A stretch of 63,908 nucleotides of DNA, the filler included, from Octopus bimaculoides (lineage: Eukaryota): assembly GCF_001194135.2 (NCBI RefSeq). It is 7 parts of 7 records of this genome, joined end to end, with 100 filler letters (N's around TTAATTAATTAA, not from the genome) between each part and the next. Parts side by side here need not be neighbours in the genome. Positions count along the whole stretch, not along the records: positions 12,448 to 28,911 come from NC_068981.1; positions 29,012 to 44,288 come from NC_068998.1; 5 more parts are not named here. One strand, written 5' to 3'. Below are positions 26,075 through 39,001 of the stretch, piece by piece. The notes below the pieces were generated by a model that made no database searches, was not told the origin of the DNA, and worked only from the letters and a program-made list of their open reading frames with translations. Within the stretch, counting starts at the first letter, position 1. Every line of letters begins with the position of its first letter. A program made the position numbers and the translations under genes.

Positions 26075-26285
26075 TTTTTGCACAAAGCCTGCAATTTCGG
26101 GGGAGGGGCTGAGTCGATTATATTGCCCCCCCCAGTGGTCAGCTGGTACTTATTTTATAATCGACCCCGAAACGATGAAAGGCAAAAATGGACCTTGCAG
26201 GAATTTTCAATTCGGAACGAAATGATGGACGAAATGCTACTGAGCATTTTGCCGGGCATAGTAACGATTCCGCCAGCTCACCACC
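26075..26285 (-). mobile_element. SINE family A
   Basis: Head GGTGAGCTGGCGGAATCGTTAC and core TTTCATCGTTTCGGGGTCGA on the minus strand; a 31-bp tandem duplication spans the head (26272-26333). Confidence 0.8.
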
Positions 26286-26437
26286 CGTACAACACCACCA
26301 CTGCCAGCTCACCACCCGTACAACACCACCACTGCCACCACCGCCGCCGCCGCAACAACCAACAACAATAATAATAATAATGATAGGAAGAAACAAAATC
26401 AGAAATGTCTAATTATAATTTGTATAGTAGTACTAAC

Positions 26438-26641
26438 CTCATCACATGCGGCACATCTGGGCTTCAATTGCTCCGCGTGGTGCCGACCGCAATATAATTG
26501 GCTGTCTTGATAAAAGTAGATCAGGTCAACTAGAAGCTCATCACAGACTGAGCACAGAAAGCAACTAGGATGCCAGCAAACATCTGGACCGGCCCTCGAT
26601 GCAAACACCGCCATGTCACTGGCTGCAATCAATTTGCGACA
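26438..26641 (-). CDS. prickle: Prickle LIM1 exon (204 bp, phase 0/0)
   Basis: Acceptor (T)11CAG (AG at 26643-26642) and donor GAG|GTTAGT (GT at 26437-26436). Translates [68 protein letters not shown] and joins in frame to IIFADEC of the terminal exon. Confidence 0.95.
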
Positions 26642-26853
26642 CTGAAAAAAAAAAATTAAAGAATTAATTGTGAACCAAATAGAATTTCTGAGACAAGTTC
26701 TTGTTCTTAAATCAATTCTTCACTTTGCTGGAGTTAATGTAACATTTCTCCAAGAGTATTTGATAATTAAATAACCTCAATTATCCGATACGCTGGCAAT
26801 AATCTATCTTAATCTATGGCATTAATGATGGTTCTGATAATGATGATGATGAT

Positions 26854-27057
26854 GGTTTCAACTTTTTGCACGAGGCCAGCAATTTTAAGGGGAGGAGCAA
26901 GTCGATTACATCGATCTCAGTATTAGACTGGTACACTATTTTACCAACCACGAACGAATAAAATGCAAAGTTGACCTCGGTGGGATTTGAACTCAGAATG
27001 TAAAAAAAACAGCTGAGTGTTTATCCGATACTCTGACAACTCACCCAGTTCACCACC
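26854..27057 (-). mobile_element. SINE family A, diverged
   Basis: GGATTTGAACTCAGAA and AAAGTTGACCTCGG blocks; tail TTGCACGAGGCCAGCAATTTT on the plus strand. Confidence 0.7.
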
Positions 27058-27136
27058 ATCACAGAGACGACAACAACAACAACAACAGCATCACCAAGTC
27101 AAAAATATTTAATGAGTAACATGCTCATAAAACTAT

Positions 27137-27367
27137 TTAACCCATTAAGTCCCAGAGTATTTAGATTTCTGAATACTACTTTTAAATTTTTACCGATGAT
27201 TGAAAATAAGTTTAAATGAGAAAAATAATTATTAAAACTACTTTACTTCAAGCAGAAATGGAAATACTCGGTGTCCTGTAATTAGGACACTGAGACAATT
27301 TGATATAGATTATTTAATGTTCTCATTTAGTGTCCTATTTATAGGAAAGTGGGACTTAATGGGTTAA
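27137..27367. mobile_element. piggyBac-type MITE
   Basis: TTAA-CCCATTAAGTCCCA ... TGGGACTTAATGGG-TTAA: perfect 14-bp terminal inverted repeats starting CCC, flanked by TTAA at both ends; no ORF. Confidence 0.85.
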
Positions 27368-28346
27368 GACGCCACGAAAGATAAAATAAATCATGACATA
27401 ACGAAGAGGAAATTAGTAAAAACAGAAGAGCTTGATTAAAATTGAATACTGAATATAATGCCAAATATAAGTTAATAAGTAGAAATACACTAGTTGTGCC
27501 AGTTATTGAAACTGCCAATGGAAGATAAATGAAGACTTAATCAAACAGAAAAGCTCACGAAGGAAAACTAACAATGAGACACTTGCATTAGAAATTTACT
27601 GCCCTGTGGTTGATATTCAGAAAAATATATCCTGAAAATGTCAGAATTTGAGTCATAAATTCATAATCTGTCATGGAATCCAGCAATGTAGTTCGGCTGG
27701 GTTACTTAGAAATTAGGGTCCATGAAGTGAGGAGTAGGGTGTGGCTGTCTTGAGAAGAAGCAATCCAAGTGTCGAGAAAGTAGAGATCTGTAATGGTTTA
27801 ATCCTGGTCGAAATTTATTTCGGCTGCAAATATTTGATCTCCTTCTCTCTCTCTCTCTCTCTCTCTCCCATAATGTGTGTGTGTATACTCATAAACACTC
27901 ACACACGCACATAAATATGTATGCGTGTGTATGACACAAATACAAACGCACGCACATATGCACACGCGCGAATACCGAACAGTGAGAATGTGTACTCCGC
28001 ATTGGCAGATGAATAAATGCAAAACGGAGTACCATCGTTTCCATGTGGTAGGTTGATAATTGCTAAGAGATTGCACTCCACATGAAACCACCGGTAGCAT
28101 TGTTAACCCCCAAATAAAGTGTGTGTGTATGCATATAAATGTGAAACAAGGTGGAAAAAATAGTACTCGAATACCGGGGGTAGAGTAATATGTTTTATTA
28201 ATAAATCTGCAAAGACATCACAAAACACTACATTTCACATTGCTTCAGCTGGGGAACACATACGCCATTGAAACCGGGAAACCGGGCCCATGAGCCTGGC
28301 TAGGCTTTAAAAGGGCGCATTTATATTATATTATATAATAATATAT

Positions 28347-28390
<44 letters not shown>

Positions 28391-29458
28391 CCTTTATATA
28401 TATATAACCTTTTCTTATATTTATAGATCGAGAAGCATTGTCCTTGATTATTTAGTTTCGTCCGCTCACGTACCGAGTTCAATTCCAGCTAGAATCCATT
28501 ATATTTTAACTTCAGGCAAACTGCAGACATTATTCTCCCGCAGAGTTGGTGTTTGTCTAACATCATCACAGATTCCAGTGTCGATAAACTAAATAACTAC
28601 TATACGATGACGAAACACATACACTCATCGATTTTGCTTCTTCACATAATAAAAAACTTTACTCCACACACACACACACACACACACACACGTTGTTCTT
28701 TTTATCGCTATTGCACAGAGTCCGGTCGGTTGGTCGGCCAACAATTGGCGCTGCCTGAACGTCAAGTGGTCCGACAGACGGCAAGCGATACATGTTTACT
28801 CAAAGAATTACTGAAAGATCGTTTTAATGACTGTTTGCATACTGCAAGTGTCTAGGATCGCATTTGGAAATTATTACAACAGTAACTACCATATATATAT
28901 ATATATATATANNNNNNNNNNNNNNNNNNNNNNNNNNNNNNNNNNNNNNNNNNNNTTAATTAATTAANNNNNNNNNNNNNNNNNNNNNNNNNNNNNNNNN
29001 NNNNNNNNNNNTATATATATATATATATACACTCATACATACACACGTATACAGAGAGTCACACACTTGCACACAGTTTTATATTCGTTCGAGTGTAGCG
29101 ATTCATTCCTTCGCTATTTATTTAGCCTTACCGTCTGGAATATTTGAAGTTATAAAAGGGGGGAAAAAACCCCAAAAGATTCACTAGTATAGTTATGCGT
29201 TCATTTCATAACCTCTAAATAGCAGCCACATCTCTCAGTAATCAAATGCTACAGTTTGAATAAAGTAAATATTTAGTCGATATCATTGACTAGAATACAA
29301 AAAATAAAGGAAAGTTTGCCATAGCGGGATTGTTTTTCATGGTAGCTCTCCGAGATGAAGTTTGGACTTGTCCTCAGAAGATAAGAATAAAAGAATTTCT
29401 ATGTGTCTGATTATCTCTCTCTGTTCTGGCTGTCTGTCTCTCTCCCCTTATCTCTCAC

Positions 29459-29505
<47 letters not shown>

Positions 29506-29885
29506 CCTCAAGTAGACTATGACATTTTAGACACTACGTTGTAAAAAGAAAATTCTAAATATTTCTGTATGGTATTGTCGACGTGGTTCCCTTTTGATAA
29601 CAGATATAAATGAGATAAAAACAAAAAAAACACACCCAAGGAAGAACTACGACGATGACAACGACGACATCAACCACCACCACCACCACCACCACCACAA
29701 CAACAACAACAACAACAACAAAAACTGTGTTTCCCTCAATCAAGCAGTTTATTTTAAGTTAATTTATATCGCTGCATCGATGACATAAGTGATAGTTTGT
29801 TTTACTAAATATTAATTTTATATAATACGGAGATGTACTTGCACGGTAAGTGACCTGATCTGAGATCGTTTGGTGAAACGAAAAC

Positions 29886-30162
29886 AATTGCAACGTGGAA
29901 GGTGTTTACAGGCCATTTAAAATTACAGAAAAACCGTTAGATTCACTTCAACATTTAAATTTAATTTGTTAAAATATTTTCATCGTTTTGAGTTCGCTGT
30001 TCACTGACAAAATTCATTGCTGCAGAACGGAATTTTGTCAGTGGACAGGTCACGATCTCAAAGCGACGAAAATATTTTGACAACTTAAATTTAAATGTTG
30101 AAGTGAATCTAACGGTTTTTTGTGTATTTAATTGGCTTATAAACACCATCCATGCTGCAATT
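29886..30162. repeat. Foldback/palindromic element with ~130-bp arms
   Basis: AAAAACCGTTAGATTCACTTCAACATTTAAATTTAA..TGT.AAAATATTTTC is repeated in inverse; inner arms CACTGACAAAATTC / GAATTTTGTCAGTG enclose a 14-nt loop. Confidence 0.85.
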
Positions 30163-30254
30163 AAAATGTTATATAGCTCACAAGGAAACGCTTATTTTAA
30201 AGGACCGGTTTGTGTTTCCAGTTAAATTCCCTATTGGCTGTGGAAAATTAACAT

Positions 30255-30975
30255 CATTAATAACACTAGGAAAACTTCAGAGGAGTGACATAGCCACTAG
30301 TCTTTCATGTTATGATCGGTAGCCGATTTATTTGACATAAGGCTACTAGCATTTGTTTAAAGAGAAGAGGAATTCTCTTGAATTCCATGAAAATCAAGTT
30401 TCTTTCATGAGTATTTGGGACATAATGTAGTCTTTAGAATATTCTAATAGCAATTGCATTGTAAAATATATATTTATATATTTACAGTAATTTACATGGA
30501 AAGTATACAGTGAGAGATTTCGTGAGATTGGTTTTGATATTAAGCATAAGAAATTCTGTTGATATTATATTAGCAATACCCATTTCTTTCCTAGGTAAAG
30601 GGTTTGTATTATTAATGATGTGTTAGATTAAGCTCTCTAATGCCACTGGGAGAAAACTTCAGAAACGAGTGTCACAACGGCCATTCTTTCATGTTATATT
30701 GGTACCTGATTAATTTGATCTCTAAGGCCTGTATACTTTGTTTAACGGGTAGAGAGAGTCTCTTAAATTCTACGAAAAGCAAGTTGGGACATGATGCATC
30801 CTTTAGAATATTTTAGTAGTAATTACATAGTCAAATATATGTTTATAATAATTTACAGTAAAACTATACAATGAAATACTTGGGGAGGTTTTTGACATTA
30901 CATATAAGAAATTTTGTTGATACTATATTATCAATACCCGTTCGTTTCCTAAGTTAATGGTCGGTGTTCATTAAA
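30255..30975 (+). repeat. Diverged local tandem duplication (~330-370 bp units)
   Basis: GAAAACTTCAG, TCTTTCATGTTAT, CTTTAGAATATT, ATAAGAAATT.TGTTGATA and CAATACCC occur in the same order in 30255-30615 and 30640-30975. Confidence 0.7.
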
Positions 30976-31372
30976 GAAAGACCGTTCAATCTTGTTTGAC
31001 AGTTAATGCTTCCTCTATCCTCATGATTATTGCTTTATGCTCGGAACATAACGCTTGATTATAACCATAAGGACCTAATAAACCCACTTAGGCGATTTCT
31101 TCATTGGAGAAGAAAACAAACAATAAAATGCAAGATTTGAGGTGATTCATAGTTATTACATGGTAAAACAGAACATTCTTCAAACTTATTCACTCTCTTT
31201 TTTCTTTCATTCCTTCTTTCCTTTTTTCTGTTTTTTTTTTTATCTTGCACAAAGAAAATTTGATGTCGAATAACACACTAAAACGCAGGAAGAATTTTGT
31301 TTCCCCAATTTTTCCCACATTAGCACACACACACACATACACACACACACACACACAGACAGAGGAAAGCAT

Positions 31373-31418
<46 letters not shown>

Positions 31419-32489
31419 ACACATAAAAAACACACAAACACACGCACACACAAAAAGAGTCCCCATGTTTACTGAGTATTTCAAATATTCATAATTTTTG
31501 GAAAAATTATTACATTGTCTTCCCAAAGTCTTTACTTGGTTTTCCCAGAGAAATAGACCATACGGTCAGGCACCTACATTTCTGATAAGCTATCGTCCAC
31601 TTATGACAAAGCAGAAAACATCTTGTCCATTATGATTACAGATAATACATCATTTTCAAAAGGTTTAGACGTTGTCTGAGTTTCAGCATAAATATTGGCA
31701 CCACAAGAAACAGACAAATAATCATACTTCCGATATAATTTCCGTTCTCAACGGGGTTTCAGTTGTTGTCACTTTGCTCTGAATATATTCTTGAAGATGT
31801 AGACAACTTGAAATAAATCTTAGAACTAGATTAAAACAGAAGATAAAAACGAGACTTAGCTTGGCATTATTCGCCATGACGATGCTAAACAGTTAAAAAT
31901 ACAAAAAAATACAGTTCCATTAGTTTTCCTTTCAGGTCCAAACGATACCAATCCCGCTATATTCAAGCTTTGCGTACAAGAGAAAATGTTGAACATTTTA
32001 CACCTGAGAGGAAAAGTAGAATAAAAAGTGCAAATGCTAGTATGTGAGAAGGCTGCAGTACATGTCGGGCACGGAACTCAGGACTAACTGCTTTGTCAAT
32101 CAGAATATCACTAAATAAGCTGGCAGGAAAGAACCAATTCTTGATAAAAAGGAATGTTGAAAACTCATTTGGTTTTGGCTTGAACCCCACTAATTTTCCC
32201 GGTCCAAAATCATTTTCCATGACACAGTTGCAGGAGAGCAGAGAAAAGGCAGAGCAAAGAAATTCTAATTCGGTAACCACGTATTTTCTTCTTTACAAAC
32301 TCAGAGCCTTGAGTTTAGCTTTGCTGCGTGTTACATAGATCAAACAACCTCTAAAGAAATCACGGGCGTCGACCAAATTTCATTCAAACTTGTCTTATCT
32401 ATCTATCTATCTATCAATCTGTTTACTGAGCATTTCACATGTTTGTATGTGTACACATATATGTATATGTACATACATATGTGTATATG

Positions 32490-32640
32490 TGTTTCTTCCA
32501 TTCTCCGAACTTTCCATCTTTCCGACGAAGGGCTACGCCCGAAACGTCATACACTCTCTCTTTCCTTTCCTGAGCGTCCAATAATACTTTCCATATCACG
32601 TCCTCACTTTGTTGTTTTTTTGTTTTTTTGTTATTGTGTT
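32490..32640 (+). mobile_element. Penelope-like terminal repeat fragment with minimal hammerhead-like motif
   Basis: CCGACGA-A-GGGC-TAC-GCCC-GAAAC-GTC at 32522-32548, followed by a pyrimidine-rich tract. Confidence 0.5.
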
Positions 32641-33844
32641 TTTGAACTATATATATATATATATATATATATATNNNNNNNNNNNNNNNNNNNNNNNNNN
32701 NNNNNNNNNNNNNNNNNNNNNNNNNNNNNNNNNNNNNNNNNNNNNNNNNNNNNNNNNNNNNNNNNNNNNNNNNNNNNNNNNNNNNNNNNNNNNNNNNNNN
32801 NNNNNNNNNNNNNNNNNNNNNNNNNNNNNNNNNNNNNNNNNNNNNNNNNNNNNNNNNNNNNNNNNNNNNNNNNNNNNNNNNNNNNNNNNNNNNNNNNNNN
32901 NNNNNNNNNNNNTATATATATATATGAATATAGTTATATATGTTTGTATATATATATATATATATGCATATACATAGGTGTGTGTGTATATATGTATATA
33001 TATAAGCAAACCCGAACGCACATACAGAAGGTTTGTGTGATCTTTCTGTGGATCGGCTGCCTTTTAGGCGTAAGGAAATATATTCTCAGAGTGCCCGGTG
33101 TTAAAATTACCAGAAAGTAAGTCATAGGTCATATATTTTCGTATATAGTTATATATGAGTGTAAGCTTCTGTTTGTTTTCATATCACTTGACAATCGCTG
33201 TCAGTATGTTATCCAGCTGGTAACTTTGAAGTTCGACAAAAAGAAACCGGTAGAATAAACACGAGATGAAATAGAAGTACTGGGATCGATATGATCGACT
33301 TAAGCTTTCGAGACATCAGTTTAATGAATGCAACATGGAAAGGGATAAAAGGAAAAATTAATCCGATGGAAAACAACAGGAAACTATCTTTGATTATGAC
33401 ATGAAATCTTCAAACAAAAATATACAGTGTTTCTCAAGAAATCCACCAGGTGTCGTTTTATCGTTCTGGTGAGGTAAGAAAGGAAAGAATGGAGGAGAAG
33501 TAGAAATGTTAGCTTTTGTTATACTGGATATAACATTATTAATTACACTACAGTGAGGAACAATCAAAAGGTAGATAGTTTCATATTTCACTCAACGGAG
33601 CGGATTTAATTAAATGGGATTTACTACAGAGATAGGGACAGTATCGATGACCTGTGCACCGGCAGATCAATAAGATTTACATGGAATTGATATTGAATCT
33701 CAACATCTGAAAGTAAATACAAACAGATGAAATATACTGGCGGAAAGCCTCCCACACGCTTGGCTTCGATGTTTTCAATTTCGCAAAAGGTACTCAATTA
33801 TCAAGTCAGGGGACGGCAATAAATTAGACACTATGTTAGATATA

Positions 33845-34430
33845 ATCTTTTCTACTATAGACAAAAGATTTGAGATTTGAAGGGCGGGGGCTAGTCGATT
33901 ATATCAATCCCAATGCTCAACTGGTACTTCTTTTATCGACCGCGAAAGGATGAACGGTAAAGTCTACCTCGGCGGAATTTGAACTCTGAACATTAAGACG
34001 AGCGAGAAGCCATTGAGCATTTTGCGCGTTGTGCTAATGATTCTGCCTTACAATTCTGCATTATAATTTAATGGAAGGATAGAAGCTAGCAGATTCGATA
34101 GCACACCGGAAAAAATACTTTGCGGCATATCTTATCGCTTTACGTTCAGAGTTCTGATTTTGAAGAGGTTGCCTTTGTATTCCATCCTTTCGAGGTCGAT
34201 AAAAAGAATGCGAGTTGCACATTGGGTTCGATATAATCGATTAAACGACATCCTTTATAAACATCAGGCCTTGTGTCAATAGAAGAGAAAACATAGGTTT
34301 CAAACTGTGGCACAAGGCTAACAAATTTTAGGGGAAGAACTAAGTGGATGTCATTAACCCCAGTGCTCCGGTTGTCGACACCTCAAGGATGAAAGACAAC
34401 GTCGATCTCGACAGAATTTGGAGTCAGAAA
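33845..34430. mobile_element. Cluster of three SINE family A copies (minus 33845-34050, plus 34075-34290, minus fragment 34296-34430)
   Basis: Core motifs TTTTATCGACCGCGAAAGGATGAA (minus), TTCCATCCTTTCGAGGTCGATAAA (plus) and GTCGACACCTCAAGGATGAAAG (minus). Confidence 0.7.
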
Positions 34431-34967
34431 TAGCAGAAAATATTAAAAAGAGAACGTGGCATTATATTTATTCCTTTTTCAACAAATATGATTAGTCCAT
34501 GTAAATCAGGAATAATCCAGACAAAAATCGTAAGCAGATTCGCATTTTCAACCCATCACAACTTTATCTACGGTCGTACTGTTCACTTCAGTCAATAAAC
34601 CAGCTTCACTACCCACTAAAGTCGGCATATCATAATTATTTTTTCTGCTTTTAGTCTGGTCTGCTTAGTTATAATTGTGGCGGTGGTTGTGCGAGTTCAG
34701 GCTGAAAAGCCAATCGTTTAGCTAGGAAACATTATCCCCTGAGCTATCATAATCTGTGGCTTGATCGCTTTCAGTCATCATTGATTTGGGAATTTATGTT
34801 ACACTTGACACGCTACTGTAGGAATGATATCGGTCGCAAAGTCATTGCAGACAAAGAGATACGTACACACACACACACGCATATATAGATATATGGCCAG
34901 ATGTGGGCGTGTGTGTATATGTGTGTATGGGTGTTTGTATGTGCATGCATGTAGGTCCATATGTATG

Positions 34968-35000
<33 letters not shown>

Positions 35001-35569
35001 NNNNNNNNNNNNNNNNNNNNNNNNNNNNNNNNNNNNNNNNNNNNNNNNNNNNNNNNNNNNNNNNNNNNNNNNNNNNNNNNNNNNNNNNNNNNNNNNNNNN
35101 NNNNNNNNNNNNNNNNNNNNNNNNNNNNNNNNNNNNNNNNNNNNNNNNNNNNNNNNNATATATATATATATATATATATATACACGGACGGACACACGCG
35201 TGTGTGTGTACGTGTATATATGTGTGTGTGTCTATGTACGCATAATATATATACATATATATAAATATATATATATATATACATAGGTACATACACACAT
35301 ATATATAATACATACATACATACATACATATGAATAAATGTATGTGTTTATTTGTATATATGTCTTTCAGTGCGTCAGTACGTCTGTGTTTTTATGATCA
35401 TCAGTTTTCAGTATGTACGCGGGCGCGCGCGTGTGTGTAGATTTGTTTCTTTTTTTATCATTTATTTTGGGATATCCGTTTCTTGCTTACTACCATAGAA
35501 TTTTGCAACTGTTCAGTTAACTGTACAGTGTGCATAGATATATATATATATATATGGTGGTTGACTACT

Positions 35570-35910
35570 CCTTATACAGAGTTTGACTATCTCCTGTACC
35601 TACACCTCAGCACCATCATGGCATCTGATATGGCGTTTTAAACCAGACAATGTTCTGAAAAGACACCCGCATAGATTGCACCTCCGATTTGGACCACCAA
35701 GTGTTGCATTTAAGTTCTGATCTTTGTGGATCTTAAAATGTCTTTTAGGGCCTCCGTTGGATTTGCAAACTTTCTGGCATACACTGTATGTATGTAGGTG
35801 TAGTATGCCAGGACGGATAGAATTTTCGCTCTGTACTCTTGATCAAGTGTAATATCCCACACACTCGAGTCACCCCGTACCTTGTGTGTGAAACTGTGTG
35901 GGCGGAAACT
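35570..35910 (-). mobile_element. RTE-like LINE 3' end encoding two C-terminal C2H2 fingers
   Basis: Minus strand 35788-35600: YSVCQKVCKSNGGPKRHFKIH...RCNLCGCLFRTLSGLKRHIRCHDGAEV*. The first finger is degenerate (Y in place of the first C) and the upstream frame is broken. RTE assignment is inference from similarity to RTE C-terminal C..C..C.S..GL..H motifs. Confidence 0.55.
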
Positions 35911-35912
35911 AC

Positions 35913-36142
35913 GTAGTACCAATAATTGTCGGAGCCCTGAAAACAGTGAGTAAAAATCTTGAGAAGTACATGGAACAAATAGGGGCTGTAATAAATGTGG
36001 AGCACTTGCAGAAAACAGCACTGCTTGGAACTGCTCGAATACTCCGGAATGTTCTCGAAAAATAAGAGGTGTTACCTTACTTCACTGGTAGTGAACAGCT
36101 GACACCGTATTACATCTCCAGCGTTAGAAGCTGTGCAAAGGC

Positions 36143-36145
<3 letters not shown>
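35913..36145 (+). mobile_element. R4/Dong-like LINE extreme 3' end
   Basis: VVPIIVGALKTVSKNLEKYMEQIGAVINVEHLQKTALLGTARILRNVLEK* is the characteristic C-terminus; a short 3' UTR runs into (TAA)n. Confidence 0.8.
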
Positions 36146-36284
<139 letters not shown>

Positions 36285-38036
36285 GTTGTTGCTGTTGTTA
36301 TTGTAATATATTGCTTACACCCCAAAATGCCTTGGAAATATATATATATTCAGAAAGAAAGAAATAATTAAAAATTTAATGCAGCAATAATACTACTAAT
36401 AATAATAGAGTTATGTAGGAATAATCTGTAATTTAATTAAGAAAGAAACGCTGCAAACATGGAAGCTTTCTATTCATTTTGGATGCCATTGTTTTCTTTT
36501 ACCTAATGAACTCACTCGCCTAAAGTAAGCCAAAGCAATTTGTTTACAGAATCACCTAATGTAAAACTTTGAAAGAATTAATGTTATTTAGTTATCGATC
36601 TTTAATTTAGTTTGTTATTGTTTAGTTGGATCTAATAAAAAAAAAAGAACACACACACACACACACACAAGAACAATTGGAAATGTTTAAATAAAGTCAA
36701 AGATGAAGAGTAAAAAGTTAATAGGTATTAACACTTTAGTTGGTTCCAATTATACTTTTATTAAAGGGTATTAATTGAATTCATCTGGTAGGCTTGATTA
36801 GGAAACAATAAAAATTAATGACAGCTTTTAAATTAATTCACCTTTGTAACGGGAGGATGACTTCAGGAGTGAATTTTCGGAGAAATTGGGGAAGAGACAG
36901 TGAGTATGAAAGAGAGAGTGTGTGTGTTTGAGAGAGGTGGAGTAAAAGGGGGGAGGAGCAAAATAGAAGTAACTGCAATTAGAAGTGAACTCTTAGGAAA
37001 TAATAAACGCTGTTATACTATAAATATAATTATCTAATGGATAACAAAAGTAAACAAATTAGAAATAGCAGTAAAGTTGAGAACATGAAACGTAAATAAG
37101 CTCTTACTACATTAAAACAGGAACCGTAAGCACGGAGTTAAGTTTCGAGATTGGCGACCTTTTTCACAGAAAGACCAATGTTACCGAAGATGATTTCTTC
37201 ACAGACAAAACAATATTTTATTATTCTTAACAGAATAATAAAAGAAAGAATGCGGGAATCTATCTTGAAAAGCGCCTCACTCGTGGCAAACTCATTTAAA
37301 AACTCCTAAAGCTGTTCAATTCACTTTTAAGTTAAATCTAATTCATGCGGTGTCAAAAACTTCGTCGCATCACTGCGACCTAGTGACTAAATTGATAGTT
37401 TGATGAAAACTTCCTCATTTTCTCATTGGCTTGTATCAGAGACCAACCCGCAAATAGGCGACAACAATTTTGCGCCACATTCATGAATTATATTTAAAGT
37501 TACTTTGAAGATTTTGTGTGTTATTAAATTATTGTCCCACGATGTAGTCTAAGAATAAAACATACTACCACAGTGCAAATGAGTTGCTAAACAACTCTAA
37601 AATATCTTGCAACGATTTTGGATGAACCACATATTTGGTATACTGGCATTTTATCAAGCAAAGGTTATGTGTAGAACCCTATACAATGATCAGTAAGAAT
37701 ATATATTGGCTAAATTATTATGGTGTGGTATATTTCAATATGACAAGAAAAAAAAATCGTGGTCAGATGGAAATATGGTTCACTGAGTGGGGATATATAT
37801 TATAAAATCTAATTGGATGACATGTCACATACCTACATCACTATAGGTGGTAACGGAGGATTATCATATGTGCAAAAAATATAGCATTATGTGATATATC
37901 ATAAATATTTACATATAGTATGAGGCGTGCATAGGTAAAAAGAAGGGTAAAGAAATGCAGTTTAGTAAAACATAAGGTATTTATAGAGACATAGCCTAGC
38001 GACGAACACACAAACACACATATATATGTGTGTATA

Positions 38037-38074
<38 letters not shown>

Positions 38075-38429
38075 NNNNNNNNNNNNNNNNNNNNNNNNNN
38101 NNNNNNNNNNNNNNNNNNNNNNNNNNNNNNNNNNNNNNNNNNNNNNNNNNNNNNNNNNNNNNNNNNNNNNNNNNNNNNNNNNNNNNNNNNNNNNNNNNNN
38201 NNNNNNNNNNNNNNNNNNNNNNNNNNNNNNNNNNNNNNNNNNNNNNNNNNNNNNNNNNNNNNNNNNNNNNNNNNNNNNNNNNNNNNNNNNNNNNNNNNNN
38301 NNNNNNNNNNNNNNNNNNNNNNNNNNNNNNNNNNNNNNNNNNNNNNNNNNNNNNNNNNNNNNNNNNNNNNNNNNNNNNNNNNNNNNNNNNNNNNNNNNNN
38401 NNNNNNNNNNNNNNTATATATATATATAT

Positions 38430-38464
<35 letters not shown>

Positions 38465-39001
38465 TAAACAAGGTAGGTAGCACAAAGAGATCAATAGAAC
38501 CTAATATACAAGGATGTATATTATTTTGCTAGGCAGGAGTTTCAAAATGGACAGAGAGCTTCCTGCCTGACATTTATCAAATGTCATGCACGAAACATTC
38601 GGTTATTAACTAACTTTGTATTTTCCGCCGAAAAAAGATAAGGAATCATATTCATATTTCTATTTTTTGTTTTTTCACACAATAAACAACGATATCAAAT
38701 GCGATTGTTTTGTTTTTGTTAAGTGAAGTTTGAAGGAAATTTACTTATTGTCTCTACGAGCAAATCGAACGAACGTGTCCTTTGAAGTAAGTTATATTAC
38801 AGAATAGTATATTATGCATAAAAGAATAATTATGGACTTTCTGAAATGGCAGATATTTATTTACCCCACAAACCGTCATCAAAACATTGCTGAGTGAAAC
38901 CGCTCTTTAATATCTCTGAATCTACGAACTAAAAACCATGGTTCAAGAATGTTTGAGTCCCACTAACTGGTTAAATAAATGATTGAAACAAAAATTTAAT
39001 A

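Noticed and set aside
31963-32280. Minus-strand 105-aa ORF as the missing prickle PET exon
   Set aside because: No PET motifs (WVPPG, QLPP.D, ALGRG) and no suitable phase-0 donor.
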